From: a plasmid
Reading direction: 5' to 3' (one strand)
Sequence record: NZ_CP099764.1
DNA length: 64,000 bases
In this document: in pieces, positions 54,388-64,000 of the stretch
How the letters are laid out: each line of letters begins with the position of its first letter
Numbering within the stretch: position 1 is the first letter of the stretch
Notes under the pieces: generated by a model
Database searches by the model: none
Told to the model about the DNA's origin: nothing
The model's input: the letters and a program-made list of their open reading frames with translations, nothing else
Program-made: the position numbers and the translations under genes

Positions 54388-55581
54388 ATGTCATCTAAGA
54401 TCGAAGATACGCCCCAAAAAACCCTGTCCTGCTGGCCACTGGCGTTCAGTGCCGGTCTTCTCGGTATCGGACAGAACGGTCTGCTGGTTGTACTCCCTGT
54501 TCTGGTCATACAGACAAATCTGAGTCTGTCTGTATGGGCTGCCCTGCTGATGCTGGGCTCAATGCTGTTTCTGCCATCTTCCCCATGGTGGGGAAAGCAA
54601 ATTTCCCTTACTGGCAGTAAGACTGTGGTGCTGTGGGCTCTGGGAGGATATGGCGTAAGCTTTACCCTGCTTGGGCTGGGAAGCGTGCTGATGGCTACCG
54701 GTGCCGTAACAACAGCGGTGGGGTTGGGAATATTAATCATCGCCCGGATCGTCTACGGTCTGACCGTGTCAGCAATGGTGCCAGCCTGTCAGGTCTGGGC
54801 ATTGCAGAGAGCGGGAGAAGGGAATCGCATGGCCGCTCTGGCAACCATCAGCTCCGGCCTGAGCTGCGGCAGGCTATTCGGGCCGCTGTGCGCGGCGGCA
54901 ATGTTGGTCATTCACCCTCTGGCGCCAGTGTGGATGCTGATGGCAGCTCCGGTGTGGGCTGTGGTGATGCTTCTGCGGTTGCCCGGCACACCACCACAGC
55001 CCACACCGGAGCGCAAGAGCGTCAGCCTGAAGCGGGATTGCCTGCCTTATCTGCTTTGCGCAATGTTACTGGCTGCGGCAATGAGCATGATGCAGCTTGG
55101 ACTTTCGCCAGCCCTTACTCGCCAGTTCGATACTGATACCACCACTATTAGCCAACAGGTGGCGTGGTTGTTGGGGCTGTCCGCAATAGCTGCGCTTATC
55201 GCGCAGTTCGTGGTACTCCGTCCACAGCGCCTGACTCCAGTGGCTCTGCTCCTGAGTGCCGGGGTGTTGATGAGTAGTGGTCTGGCTATCATGCTCACTG
55301 AACAGCTATGGTTGTTTTACCTGGGCTGTGCAGTGCTGTCATTTGGGGCCGCTCTGGCAACACCCGCTTATCAACTTTTACTGAATGATAAGCTGGCCGA
55401 CGGCGCAGGCGCGGGCTGGCTTGCGGCCAGTCACACACTTGGCTATGGGCTGTGCGCATTGTTGGTGCCACTGGCGTCGAAAACAGGTGTCTCAATCGCG
55501 CTGATTGTGACGGCATTATTTGCCGCTGTATTATTTACCATAGTGTCTGCATGTATTTGGCATTACCGTACAATCAAGTAA
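54388..55581 (+). CDS. shiF: ShiF, MFS transporter divergent from iucA (397 aa)
   Basis: 12-TM MFS profile; conserved partner of the aerobactin locus. Confidence 0.85.
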   Translation: MSSKIEDTPQKTLSCWPLAFSAGLLGIGQNGLLVVLPVLVIQTNLSLSVWAALLMLGSMLFLPSSPWWGKQISLTGSKTVVLWALGGYGVSFTLLGLGSVLMATGAVTTAVGLGILIIARIVYGLTVSAMVPACQVWALQRAGEGNRMAALATISSGLSCGRLFGPLCAAAMLVIHPLAPVWMLMAAPVWAVVMLLRLPGTPPQPTPERKSVSLKRDCLPYLLCAMLLAAAMSMMQLGLSPALTRQFDTDTTTISQQVAWLLGLSAIAALIAQFVVLRPQRLTPVALLLSAGVLMSSGLAIMLTEQLWLFYLGCAVLSFGAALATPAYQLLLNDKLADGAGAGWLAASHTLGYGLCALLVPLASKTGVSIALIVTALFAAVLFTIVSACIWHYRTIK

Positions 55582-55769
55582 GGCTATGATGTTGTACTCA
55601 CAGCCGGCATAACGTCCTGTGCAATTTCGCTGTCGAAACCGCCTGTGCTGACCGCCCAGTGCACTCACCTGAAGCACATCGCAGCATGCCACCAGGATAC
55701 CAGATCGTCTTCTGAAATGGGTGGATACATTGGCAACGTTAACCGCAACAATTTTTCAGAGAGAATTTT

Positions 55770-55808
55770 GGGGGGTGAGGGCCAGTGATGTAAAAAATAC
55801 GCCAAGAG
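55770..55808 (+). repeat. Tn3-family-like 38-39 bp terminal inverted repeat, left copy
   Basis: ggggggtgagggccagtgatgtaaaaaatacgccaagag; inverted partner at 57356-57395. Confidence 0.6.
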
Positions 55809-55960
55809 GTTAATTCATTGTTTATACTGATATGTCAGGTAATGCGTTTGCAGTCATTACAGTCGTCATGGAGACTGTAATGACTGCAAACGCATACCAT
55901 GGAGCGAAATTCTATCCTAAGCGTCACATTAGTTGATAAACCTGTAACGTTAATGAATTC

Positions 55961-56341
55961 TCATGCGAAAAGTATGGTTATGATAAAAAAGCCTAAAGCT
56001 GTCATGATGAGGGAGCCAATGACGTGAACAAGTACAGACGTCAAAGCCCATATATAATTTCCCGCCTGGAGTAATGCGAATACTTCAACAGAAAATGTAG
56101 AGAAAGTACTCAGACCTCCACAAAGTCCCGTTGTTATCATTAATTTCCAAAAAGGATCAAGGTGTGGTTGTCGTAAAAAGTACGCCAACGCAGTACCAAT
56201 AATTAACCCGGCAAGGAGGTTCACCACCAGTGTACCTGGAGGTAGATTTGGAAAAAGACTGTTAAAGCGTGTGGACAGTAACCAGCGCAGAGTACATCCA
56301 ACAGAACCGCCGATAATGACGGCAAAAAGTGATTTAATCAT
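55961..56341 (-). CDS. crcB: CrcB/FluC fluoride channel (126 aa)
   Basis: four-TM CrcB family, GGxxR-type motifs (VGGSVGCTLRW, LCGGLSTFSTFS). Confidence 0.9.
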   Translation of the reverse strand: MIKSLFAVIIGGSVGCTLRWLLSTRFNSLFPNLPPGTLVVNLLAGLIIGTALAYFLRQPHLDPFWKLMITTGLCGGLSTFSTFSVEVFALLQAGNYIWALTSVLVHVIGSLIMTALGFFIITILFA

Positions 56342-56412
56342 GTACCCCTCATAAAATAATTTTTTATCGTAACAATATCAGAATATGTTCTCATTTGACT
56401 GATATTGTTAAT

Positions 56413-56685
56413 TTATATCCTTTGACTACATGCAAGATAAGGGAAGGTTCTATTTATTGACATTAATACCCTCGACAATTGCTGAGCAGAAGCCCCCACG
56501 ACAAGTGACAGAATGACAACATCTACAGTGGGGAGCGTTTTATCGATGAACAAGCAACCAAGAAGTAACACGGCATAGGTGACGACAATGCCAGTAAGCA
56601 TAGAAATAACAAAAACGTGAGCTTTCATCATTCCTCCAGAATAACCCCGACGTGTAAGCCTGGGGGATTGGCACAATAATGTCAT
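56413..56685 (-). CDS. small membrane protein (90 aa) between the eno fragment and crcB
   Basis: two predicted TM helices; translationally coupled to the eno fragment. Confidence 0.4.
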   Translation of the reverse strand: MTLLCQSPRLTRRGYSGGMMKAHVFVISMLTGIVVTYAVLLLGCLFIDKTLPTVDVVILSLVVGASAQQLSRVLMSINRTFPYLACSQRI

Positions 56686-57116
56686 TTAAAGGCAGACTTT
56701 CCGGCAAATTGCGCCGATGAACCCAGTTCATCCTCAATTCTCATAAGCTGGTTATATTTTTCAATACGCTCACCCCGGCATGGAGCTCCCGTTTTGAGAT
56801 GACCTGCGCGCATTGCAACTGTCATATCGGCGATAAAGCTGTCCACTGTCTCACCACTGCGGTGTGAGATAAAGGTGCCCCAGTTGTTGTCATGGCAAAG
56901 TTGTACCGCATCAAAGGTTTCACTCAGGGAACCAATCTGGTTGAGTTTAATCAATGCTGAATTGGCAAGGTTTTCGTCAATGCCGCGCTGAATATACTTT
57001 ACGTTGGTCACAAACAGATCGTCGCCAACCAATTCTATCTGCTCTCCCAATGCACCATGCAGGATTTTCCATCCAGCCCAGTCATCTTCAGCTACCGTTA
57101 AGGGCAGGAAGATCAA
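56682..57116 (-). pseudogene. eno: C-terminal fragment of enolase (144 aa; N-terminal about 290 aa absent)
   Basis: ...SHRSGETEDSFIADLAV-like motif [48 protein letters not shown] is the enolase C-terminus. Confidence 0.8.
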
Positions 57117-57355
57117 CTAGGTGCTCTGGGGCTGGTGACCAATGCGGTTGTGCTGTGAAACACACTTTACATGCAGGAGGCGTTGTCACATCTTCGCAAA
57201 TCGGGAGAAACTCCTGAGGAGTAGCATCCGGCAAGATTATCGCTGCTGATACATAGCCATATAAATATGCTGGGGCATTATACGTCTTCGTTACCGGAAG
57301 ATATTCTTAAGGGTGAGTTAAGATCATTAAACTTCAATACAAACAATTAATTAAA

Positions 57356-57395
57356 CTCTTAGCGTGGTTTTTTACATCACTGGCCCTCGCCCCCC
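57356..57395 (-). repeat. Tn3-family-like terminal inverted repeat, right copy
   Basis: reverse complement ggggggcgagggccagtgatgtaaaaaaccacgctaagag; the inner ACGCTAAG motif is like the Tn3-family IRs. Confidence 0.6.
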
Positions 57396-57583
57396 AATTT
57401 TCTCTATGTTTTGCCACTACTTCCCTCATTTTACTGCGCTGTTTGCTATCCCTGAGAATCGACATTACTTGCTATCCAGTCCGCAGCAACTCTCTGGCAA
57501 CAAAACTTATCAGAATCATAAGTCTGTGCATTATTCGTTCAAGCGCATCGCCAATAAGCGGATGTTGCTGGCCGAGTGTTCTG

Positions 57584-58441
57584 CTAATCGGATGATAACA
57601 AATCCCGTGGTTCGGCATTTTCCTTTGTGCGTGCGTTGATGCTGGTAACGGTAAACGTCATGATGAACATGACCGCGAATAAGACAACAATTGTCGGAGC
57701 TGGCGCGCTGTCGATAAAAAAGGACAGCCAGACACCAGTCATTGAGACCAATATCGATATGCCAGTCGCCAGCAGGAGCGCAATATGAAAGCGTTGTGTC
57801 AGGAGTACCGCAATGGCACCAGGCGCAATGAGAAGAGAAATAGAGAGAATGATACCTACCGCTTTCAGCGTCGCCACAATGGTCAGGGAGACCATGCACA
57901 GCAGCCCATAATGCAGCCATCTCGTATGCAAACCGCTTGCCTGCGCCTGTTGATAATCAAAGCTGAACAGCAAAAAATCCCGCCATTTTACGCTAATAAC
58001 AAGTGTAACCAGTCCGGCAATAATCACCGTCTGGATTATATCGCCGATGGTTATCCCGAGCATGTCGCCGAAAAGAATATGATCAAGATGTACGTCTGGT
58101 TTGACTGCAATATACAAGATCAGACCTGCGGCAAACATGCCAGAAAAAACAATCCCCATCACTGTATCTTGCTTGATTCGGCTGTTGTCTTTCAGGTATC
58201 CCGTCGCCACCGCACAGAATACTCCGGCGACGAATGCCCCTGTAGCCAGAGGTAACCCCAGAATCCAGGCAAGCACGATGCCAGGAAAAACCGCATGACT
58301 CATCGCGTCACCCATCAGTGCCCAACTTTTCAGGACCAGAAAGACCGACAGCAGCGCACAGGGTATGGAAACTACCAGTGAAATCAGCAGTGCGTGACTC
58401 ATAAAGGTGAACTGCAGTGGCTCCAGTAATAATGCCATCAT
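57584..58441 (-). CDS. sitD: SitD, Mn/Fe ABC transporter permease (285 aa)
   Basis: ABC-3 permease, paralogue of sitC. Confidence 0.9.
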   Translation of the reverse strand: MMALLLEPLQFTFMSHALLISLVVSIPCALLSVFLVLKSWALMGDAMSHAVFPGIVLAWILGLPLATGAFVAGVFCAVATGYLKDNSRIKQDTVMGIVFSGMFAAGLILYIAVKPDVHLDHILFGDMLGITIGDIIQTVIIAGLVTLVISVKWRDFLLFSFDYQQAQASGLHTRWLHYGLLCMVSLTIVATLKAVGIILSISLLIAPGAIAVLLTQRFHIALLLATGISILVSMTGVWLSFFIDSAPAPTIVVLFAVMFIMTFTVTSINARTKENAEPRDLLSSD

Positions 58442-59295
58442 GAGCGATCCTCCAGCGCTTTATGCGCACGCCGACGATTTGCCAAAAGCCCATGGGTGGG
58501 CGCAAAGACAAATGCTAAAAGAAACAGCAGTGTCTGCGCCACCACGATGATTCCACCTGTCGCGCCGTCCAGAAAGTAACTGACCCACGCGCCGAGGAAA
58601 CTGGTCACACTGCCAATAGTTACAGCAATCATGAGCAGGCGGGGAAAACGATCGGTTAACAACCATGCTGTTGCACCGGGAGTCACCACCAGACAGATCA
58701 CCAGAAAGGCACCAACCGTTTGCAGCGCCGCAACGGTCGAAACCGACAGCAGGGTGAAGAAGAGGATTTTTAATCTGCCCGGATGCAATCCAATAGCACG
58801 GGCGTGATTCTCGTCGAAAAAGGTCACCATAAGATCTTTCCATTTGAAAAAAAGCACGATGATCGAGAGAATGCCAATGATAGTGAGTTGCAGGATATCC
58901 GCCGGATCGATTGCCAGAATATTGCCCAGGACGATGGTCTGAATGTTCACGGATGTCGGGTTCAATGACACCATAAACAGCCCCAGGCCAAAAAAGGACG
59001 AGAAGATCAGGCCGATGATGGCATCTTCTTTTAAGCGAGTGAGTTGGTTAAGAAACAGCATGCTGCCCGCTGCCAGTCCGCCGGAAAAGAAGGCTCCCAG
59101 AGAAAACGGAAGCCCCAGCATATATGCCCCCGCAACACCCGGGACAATAGAGTGCGACAGCGCATCGCCAATCAGCGACCAGCCTTTTAGCATCAGATAG
59201 CATGACAGGAAAGCGCAGAGACCGCCGACCATCGCCGAGACCCACATCGCATTGAGCATATATTCATAGCTGAAGGGTTCCAGTAGCACGTTCAT
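58438..59295 (-). CDS. sitC: SitC, Mn/Fe ABC transporter permease (285 aa)
   Basis: ABC-3 permease. Confidence 0.9.
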   Translation of the reverse strand: MNVLLEPFSYEYMLNAMWVSAMVGGLCAFLSCYLMLKGWSLIGDALSHSIVPGVAGAYMLGLPFSLGAFFSGGLAAGSMLFLNQLTRLKEDAIIGLIFSSFFGLGLFMVSLNPTSVNIQTIVLGNILAIDPADILQLTIIGILSIIVLFFKWKDLMVTFFDENHARAIGLHPGRLKILFFTLLSVSTVAALQTVGAFLVICLVVTPGATAWLLTDRFPRLLMIAVTIGSVTSFLGAWVSYFLDGATGGIIVVAQTLLFLLAFVFAPTHGLLANRRRAHKALEDRS

Positions 59296-60119
59296 CTTTC
59301 TTCCCTCTGCACCGCTGACGGTCGATGTGCCACAAAAGGGCGTTCATCGTCAGTAATAATGCTTTCTTCCGAGCCGTTAAGTGTGACATGGCGCAGTACG
59401 CCGCTAAAAGCCAGCTCCAGGTTCTCGGCTGTAAAAGTGGTGTCTGTCGGCCCGCTTGCCAGGACGGTGCCTTTGACCATGACCGTATAATCGCAAAATG
59501 TCGTGACGGATCCGAGATTGTGCGTTGAGACAAGCATCGTTTTGCCTTCCGCGCGTAACTCCCTCAACAGGCTGATGATTTTCGCTTCGGTTTTCACATC
59601 AACGCCGGTAAAAGGTTCATCCAGCAGGATCACATCACCCTGCTGTGCAATCGCTCTCGCCAGAAAGACGCGTTTCTTTTGTCCACCGGAAAGCTCGCCG
59701 ATTTGTCGATGGCGAAAATCCACCATATCGACACGTTCCAGCGCATCGGTGACAATCTGACGATCCCTCTTTTTGGCGATACGCAACATACCCATATGCC
59801 CATAGCGGCCCATCATCACCACATCTTCCACCAGTACAGGAAATGACCAGTCAACCTCTTCTGACTGAGGGACGTAGGCAACCAGGTTTTTCTGTAGCGC
59901 CTGTCGTGTGGGAATACCCAGAACAGATATCTTCCCGCTGGTCAGACGCACAAATCCCATAATCGCTTTAAACAACGTCGATTTTCCGGAACCGTTTACC
60001 CCAACCAGAGCGGCAATAGATCCGCCTGGTACTGTGAAGGATGCATCGCGCAGTGCTGTGTGCCCGTTACGCCAGGTGACAGTAACATCATTAACGACAA
60101 TGCCTGCAGATTGCATCAT
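59292..60119 (-). CDS. sitB: SitB, ABC transporter ATP-binding protein (275 aa)
   Basis: Walker [10 protein letters not shown], signature LSGGQKKR. Confidence 0.95.
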   Translation of the reverse strand: MMQSAGIVVNDVTVTWRNGHTALRDASFTVPGGSIAALVGVNGSGKSTLFKAIMGFVRLTSGKISVLGIPTRQALQKNLVAYVPQSEEVDWSFPVLVEDVVMMGRYGHMGMLRIAKKRDRQIVTDALERVDMVDFRHRQIGELSGGQKKRVFLARAIAQQGDVILLDEPFTGVDVKTEAKIISLLRELRAEGKTMLVSTHNLGSVTTFCDYTVMVKGTVLASGPTDTTFTAENLELAFSGVLRHVTLNGSEESIITDDERPFVAHRPSAVQREER

Positions 60120-61033
60120 TATTTCTCCCTTTTTCCGGCTTTAATTCCCTGTACCAGCGTACTGGTAGTAACCTTCAGAAGGTCGATATACGTAGGTACC
60201 GGGCCGTTTTCTGTGCTCAGGGAATCGACATAGAGCACACCACCGTAGTGCGCGCCGGTTTCACGCGCAACCTGACGCGCTGGTTTATCGGAAATCGTAC
60301 TCTCGCTAAAGACTGCCGGGATATGATTTTTCTTAACTATATCAACAACCTTACGTACCTGCTGCGGTGTTCCTTGTTGATCGGCATTAATCGGCCACAG
60401 ATAAAGCTCTTTTAGCCCCAAATCGCGTGCGAGATAAGAAAAAGCCCCTTCACTGGTGACCATCCATCGCTGATTCTCAGGGAGTTCCGCAATCTGCTTA
60501 CGCAGGGGGGCAAGGGTTTGGGTAATCTTGGCTTTATAAGTATCGGCATTACGTTGGTAGGTTTGTGCATTTATCGGATCGTATTTTATAAACGCATCAC
60601 GAATATTATCGACGTAAATCAGAGCATTATCTGGCGACATCCAGGCATGGGGGTTAGGTTTGCCCTCATAGGGCCCTTCGGTGATCCCTACTGGCGTCAC
60701 ACCCGAAGAGACAATTACTTCTGGAACCCCATTGAGATGCTGGTAAAAGCGTTGGAACCACAATTCCAGATTCATACCATTGGCGAGAATCAGTTGTGCC
60801 CCCTGCGCACGTTTAATATCGCCAGGGGTAGGCTGATACTCATGAATTTCTGCACCAGGCTTGGTTATGGATGAGACTTCTGCAGCATCTCCAGCCACGT
60901 TTTTGGCCATATCTGCGATGATGGTAAAAGTTGTAATGACCTTGAATTTTTCAGCTGCACTCGCCTGAAATGCTATCGAGCAGGTGAGGACTAGGCACCC
61001 CAAGAGCATGGTTACTTTTTTTATTGAGAGCAT
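60119..61033 (-). CDS. sitA: SitA, periplasmic Mn/Fe-binding protein (304 aa)
   Basis: ZnuA/TroA-family SBP with signal peptide. Confidence 0.95.
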   Translation of the reverse strand: MLSIKKVTMLLGCLVLTCSIAFQASAAEKFKVITTFTIIADMAKNVAGDAAEVSSITKPGAEIHEYQPTPGDIKRAQGAQLILANGMNLELWFQRFYQHLNGVPEVIVSSGVTPVGITEGPYEGKPNPHAWMSPDNALIYVDNIRDAFIKYDPINAQTYQRNADTYKAKITQTLAPLRKQIAELPENQRWMVTSEGAFSYLARDLGLKELYLWPINADQQGTPQQVRKVVDIVKKNHIPAVFSESTISDKPARQVARETGAHYGGVLYVDSLSTENGPVPTYIDLLKVTTSTLVQGIKAGKREK

Positions 61034-61039
61034 GATTTA

Positions 61040-61140
61040 GTACCTATAGTGAGCAAAATTAGAATAAACATAGCAACTACTATGTTTTATAGCAGAAGCT
61101 ATAAAATGTAAATAATTATCATTAGCGATTATAAGATCCC
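61040..61140 (-). promoter_or_regulatory. sitABCD promoter with an MntR box and a Fur-like box
   Basis: aaacatagcaactactatgtttta palindrome (61066-61089), the MntR consensus AAACATAGC-N-GCTATGTTT; the AT-rich aatgataattattt is Fur-like. Confidence 0.7.
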
Positions 61141-61388
61141 AACACAGGGATTAGGTTATTTCCTGCTGACGATGTGGTATTGAGGATAAAAGTTGGGCAG
61201 CGCTTTGGCTTTAAAATGAACTTGTTCAGGACGATTGGTAATGGCAAAGCAAAAATAATGTAGGTTATTGGCAAGTTCTCTAGGACGCAGGAGAGCATGA
61301 AAAACCCAGGGGCAGTCACTAAATGAAGGGATCGGTGATGCTGCCAACTTACTGATTTAGTGTATGATGGTGTTTTTGAGGTGCTCCA

Positions 61389-61664
61389 GTGGCTTCTGTT
61401 TCTATCAGCTGTCCCTCCTGTTCAGCTACTGACGGGGTGGTGCGTAACGGCAAAAGCACCGCCGGACATCAGCGCTATCTCTGCTCTCACTGCCGTAAAA
61501 CATGGCAACTGCAGTTCACTTACACCGCTTCTCAACCCGGTACGCACCAGAAAATCATTGATATGGCCATGAATGGCGTTGGATGCCGGGTAACTGCCCG
61601 CATTATGGGCGTTGGCCTCAACACGATTTTACGTCACTTAAAAAACTCAGGCCGCAGTCGGTAA
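61389..61664 (+). CDS. insA: IS1 InsA
   Basis: identical to the copy A InsA. Confidence 0.95.
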   Translation: MASVSISCPSCSATDGVVRNGKSTAGHQRYLCSHCRKTWQLQFTYTASQPGTHQKIIDMAMNGVGCRVTARIMGVGLNTILRHLKNSGRSR

Positions 61665-61685
61665 CCTCGCGCATACAGCCGGGCA

Positions 61686-62075
61686 GTGACGTCATCGTCT
61701 GCGCGGAAATGGACGAACAGTGGGGCTATGTCGCGCCAGCGCTGGCTGTTTTACGCGTATGACAGTCTCCGGAAGACGGTTGTTGCGCACGTATTCGGTG
61801 AACGCACTATGGCGACGCTGGGGCGTCTTATGAGCCTGCTGTCACCCTTTGACGTGGTGATATGGATGACGGATGGCTGGCCGCTGTATGAATCCCGCCT
61901 GAAGGGAAAGCTGCACGTAATCAGCAAGCGATATACGCAGCGAATTGAGCGGCATAACCTGAATCTGAGGCAGCACCTGGCACGGCTGGGACGGAAGTCG
62001 CTGTCGTTCTCAAAATCGGTGGAGCTGCATGACAAAGTCATCGGGCATTATCTGAACATAAAACACTATCAATAA
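61686..62075 (+). CDS. insB: IS1 InsB' frame carrying the 11-bp deletion
   Basis: same [22 protein letters not shown] junction as copy A. Confidence 0.75.
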   Translation: MTSSSARKWTNSGAMSRQRWLFYAYDSLRKTVVAHVFGERTMATLGRLMSLLSPFDVVIWMTDGWPLYESRLKGKLHVISKRYTQRIERHNLNLRQHLARLGRKSLSFSKSVELHDKVIGHYLNIKHYQ

Positions 62076-62254
62076 GTTGGAGTCATTACCTGCTTTTTCG
62101 GTTGAAAAGAAATTGATTGAATTACTGGAAAAACAATCTGGTCTCCATACGTCTGTGGATTGCAGTACTCCCCTTACAGAGCAGAGTCTGTCGAGAAATG
62201 ACGGTGAAGACCAGACCAGAAGAAACGCTGAAAATATGTTCGGAGATGACTGAA

Positions 62255-62830
62255 CTAACCCAGCCTGGCCAGGGGAATATCTCGCCATTTAGTTGTATAA
62301 CACTGACTCAACATTTCCCGTTTCATTTGCCATTCAGGGGCGGTTCCTCGCCCCGCAAACCACACTTTCCCTTTTCCCGACTGGTTCAGTTCATCGAGTG
62401 TTTTCATTAACTTTTCACTGTTTTTACGGGGCTGGATTTCATCAAATAATCCCGGCTGCGCTATACCCGATGGTGTGAAATCAGCCAGCATGACTCCTGC
62501 CTTCATATAGCGGTACCCTTCACGCCAGACATGGTTTAAGGCTCTGCATGCGGCGGCAATAATGTCCCGGCTGTCCTGTGTGGGCAATGAAAGCTTTTCC
62601 ACAGCGGCATTGCTGTAACAGGGTTCAGGGGGATGTCCGTACAAATGTCGTCACCTGCCGGCAATACTGACGCTCCCCACGTAGTTTCTCTGCGGCCCGC
62701 TCTGCATACTGAACAACAGCCTGGTGCATGGCATCTTTGTCTGTGATTCGTTCACCAAAACTGCGACTATGTCAACGCCACGATGTTTGACCGTTATTTG
62801 CCATTTTCATGCCCGCTAAATACTTTCGTT
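62255..62830 (-). pseudogene. C-terminal remnant of a UmuC/ImpB/MucB-like Y-family polymerase subunit (frameshifted, N-terminus deleted)
   Basis: the 129-aa frame ends ...GKVWFAGRGTAPEWQMKREMLSQCYTTKWRDIPLARLG, like the UmuC C-terminus; upstream continuation is in other frames. Confidence 0.6.
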
Positions 62831-62901
62831 ACTGATGCTGTCCGCTTTGCACCATTTCATCATCACTGATTGGCGTTGTGTTTTTGGTCAGCACTCCAGC
62901 T

Positions 62902-63258
62902 TTACGTTTCTCTTTTAACCGGTAACTCTCTCCTTGTTCTTTTTGACGGACGCATTTTACGTTTGGGCTGGATGTAGTAACGCAGCATGGAACGTCCGCC
63001 CGTATAACCCATTGCCTTAATCTCCGCGAAGATAACCTCGCTATTCCAGACATTCTCTGCCAGGCGCATGTCGATGTAATCCATAAACGGTTTCAGCTTA
63101 ACCATTTTGTGGCGGGTCTTTCTGGCTGGCGGTTCAGGGTATTTGAGGTAGCGTCTGACCGTCCGTTCAGAGCAACCAATCTGAGCCGCAATATCGACAA
63201 TGTACGCGCCCTGCTGGCGCATTTGCTTTATCATGTAAAAGTCCTCTCTGCTCAGCAT
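62902..63258 (-). pseudogene. istA: IS21-family IstA transposase N-terminal fragment (118 aa, truncated)
   Basis: MLSREDFYMIKQMRQQGAYIVDIAAQIGCSERTVRRYLKY... HTH N-terminus typical of IS21 IstA; ORF breaks after about 118 aa. Confidence 0.6.
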
Positions 63259-64000
63259 GTTGATGTCCTTTCTGGTGTGAGAACCTTAAGGAAACAACAT
63301 GTTGGGTGGAGCGGACAATCCAAATGGTGAATTACCGTCTTATATCACTGGCGCTGACACCTGTAGTTTGTATACACAATCCCTGGCATTGAAACACACA
63401 TATGAAGTGTACTTCGGATATGACCGTACGCTCAGGAAGTACGGCAGATTCCGTCAAAAATTACCTGTAAAGACAGACATCAGAAAAAACAGTGCTCGCC
63501 GCAGACCGGTGACCGGGCGAAGCCCGCGAACCGGCGAGGAAGCGCAATGGATCTGTAGTTACAGTGAGCAGGTACGCCCTGAAGCCTTCATAATCGGTAG
63601 TGTATGCTGTTTTTCTGGAATGATTTATCCACATATCCAGAGGCCCGATCCAGTAAACAGATCCATGAATGATCAACAAAGGATCCATTAAAGATCCCCA
63701 TATCGCTGTCAACCTTGTCACTCATGGGCCGGGACCACGTTCACATAAGCGGTGGCATGTTATGGATAAACTGTAACAGGTTCATGATAAGCTGTATTCA
63801 GTAATGCATATACTGAAGTAAGTTAATGACATAAACTATGGTCAGTACGCCAGACTCAGTTGTTAAATACAGACTGCAGGTTTTTCTTCAGTCAGTTGAC
63901 GGGGTTCTGACACACGATTTTCTGTTTATTCTTTTACTGTCCACAGGCAGGAGGCTTTCTGGAAAACGAAAATTCAGACATCAAAAAACTGTTCGGCGAG

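Larger units (their letters stand above)
61334..62090 (+). mobile_element. IS1 copy B (757 bp; same 11-bp deletion as copy A), inverted relative to copy A
   Basis: GGTGATGCTGCCAACTTACTGAT...GAGTCATTACC; same ORF content as copy A. Confidence 0.9.

Noticed and set aside
56342-57360. Fluoride riboswitch upstream of the crcB operon
   Set aside because: I could not find the conserved crcB-motif elements in the leader; the eno fragment abuts the operon start.
63260-64000. ORF-poor tail with a 130-aa plus-strand ORF (63299..63691)
   Set aside because: No recognisable motifs. It is probably IS21-end or junk sequence next to the istA fragment. There is not enough evidence to call a gene.

Overview
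This window is a contiguous piece of an F-like (IncF, RepFIA-bearing) conjugative plasmid of Enterobacteriaceae, probably a ColV-type E. coli virulence plasmid. The gene calls rest mainly on protein identities recalled from memory, which should be confirmed by BLAST.

From left to right the window contains:

- **1 to 15.25 kb (minus strand):** the proximal half of the F tra operon read backwards, from a partial traF through trbE, traN, trbC, traU, traW, trbI, traC, traR, traV, trbG, trbD, traP, traB, traK, traE, traL, traA, traY and traJ (with the antisense finP) to traM.
- **15.26 to 15.66 kb:** an F-type oriT with the F nic sequence. The plus strand is the transferred strand.
- **15.67 to 33.7 kb:** the leading region. 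The lytic transglycosylase orf169 is on the plus strand; every other gene is on the minus strand. They include orf273, a frameshifted orf95, a hok/mok/sok (flm) locus split by an IS150 insertion, psiA, psiB, a ParB-like gene, ssb, klcA (ArdB family), two orphan DNA methyltransferases and several unknown ORFs. Three copies of a roughly 620-bp Frpo-like ssDNA-promoter repeat each sit upstream of a gene block.
- **33.9 to 39.9 kb:** the RepFIA maintenance module, comprising sopC (only about 5 to 6 repeats), sopB, sopA, the incC iterons, repE, ori2, resD and ccdBA.
- **40.3 to 43.8 kb:** an accessory island with the vagCD toxin-antitoxin pair followed by an OLD-family ATPase/Toprim nuclease and a short UvrD-like helicase. 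This looks like a Gabija-like (class 2 OLD) defence module.
- **44.0 to 62.1 kb:** an iron-uptake and virulence module bounded by two inverted IS1 copies that carry the same 11-bp deletion. It holds a truncated IS2, the aerobactin genes iutA-iucDCBA, shiF, a crcB/truncated-eno cassette flanked by Tn3-family-like 38-bp inverted repeats, and sitABCD.
- **62.1 to 64 kb:** remnants of a umuC/impB-like gene and an IS21-family istA fragment.
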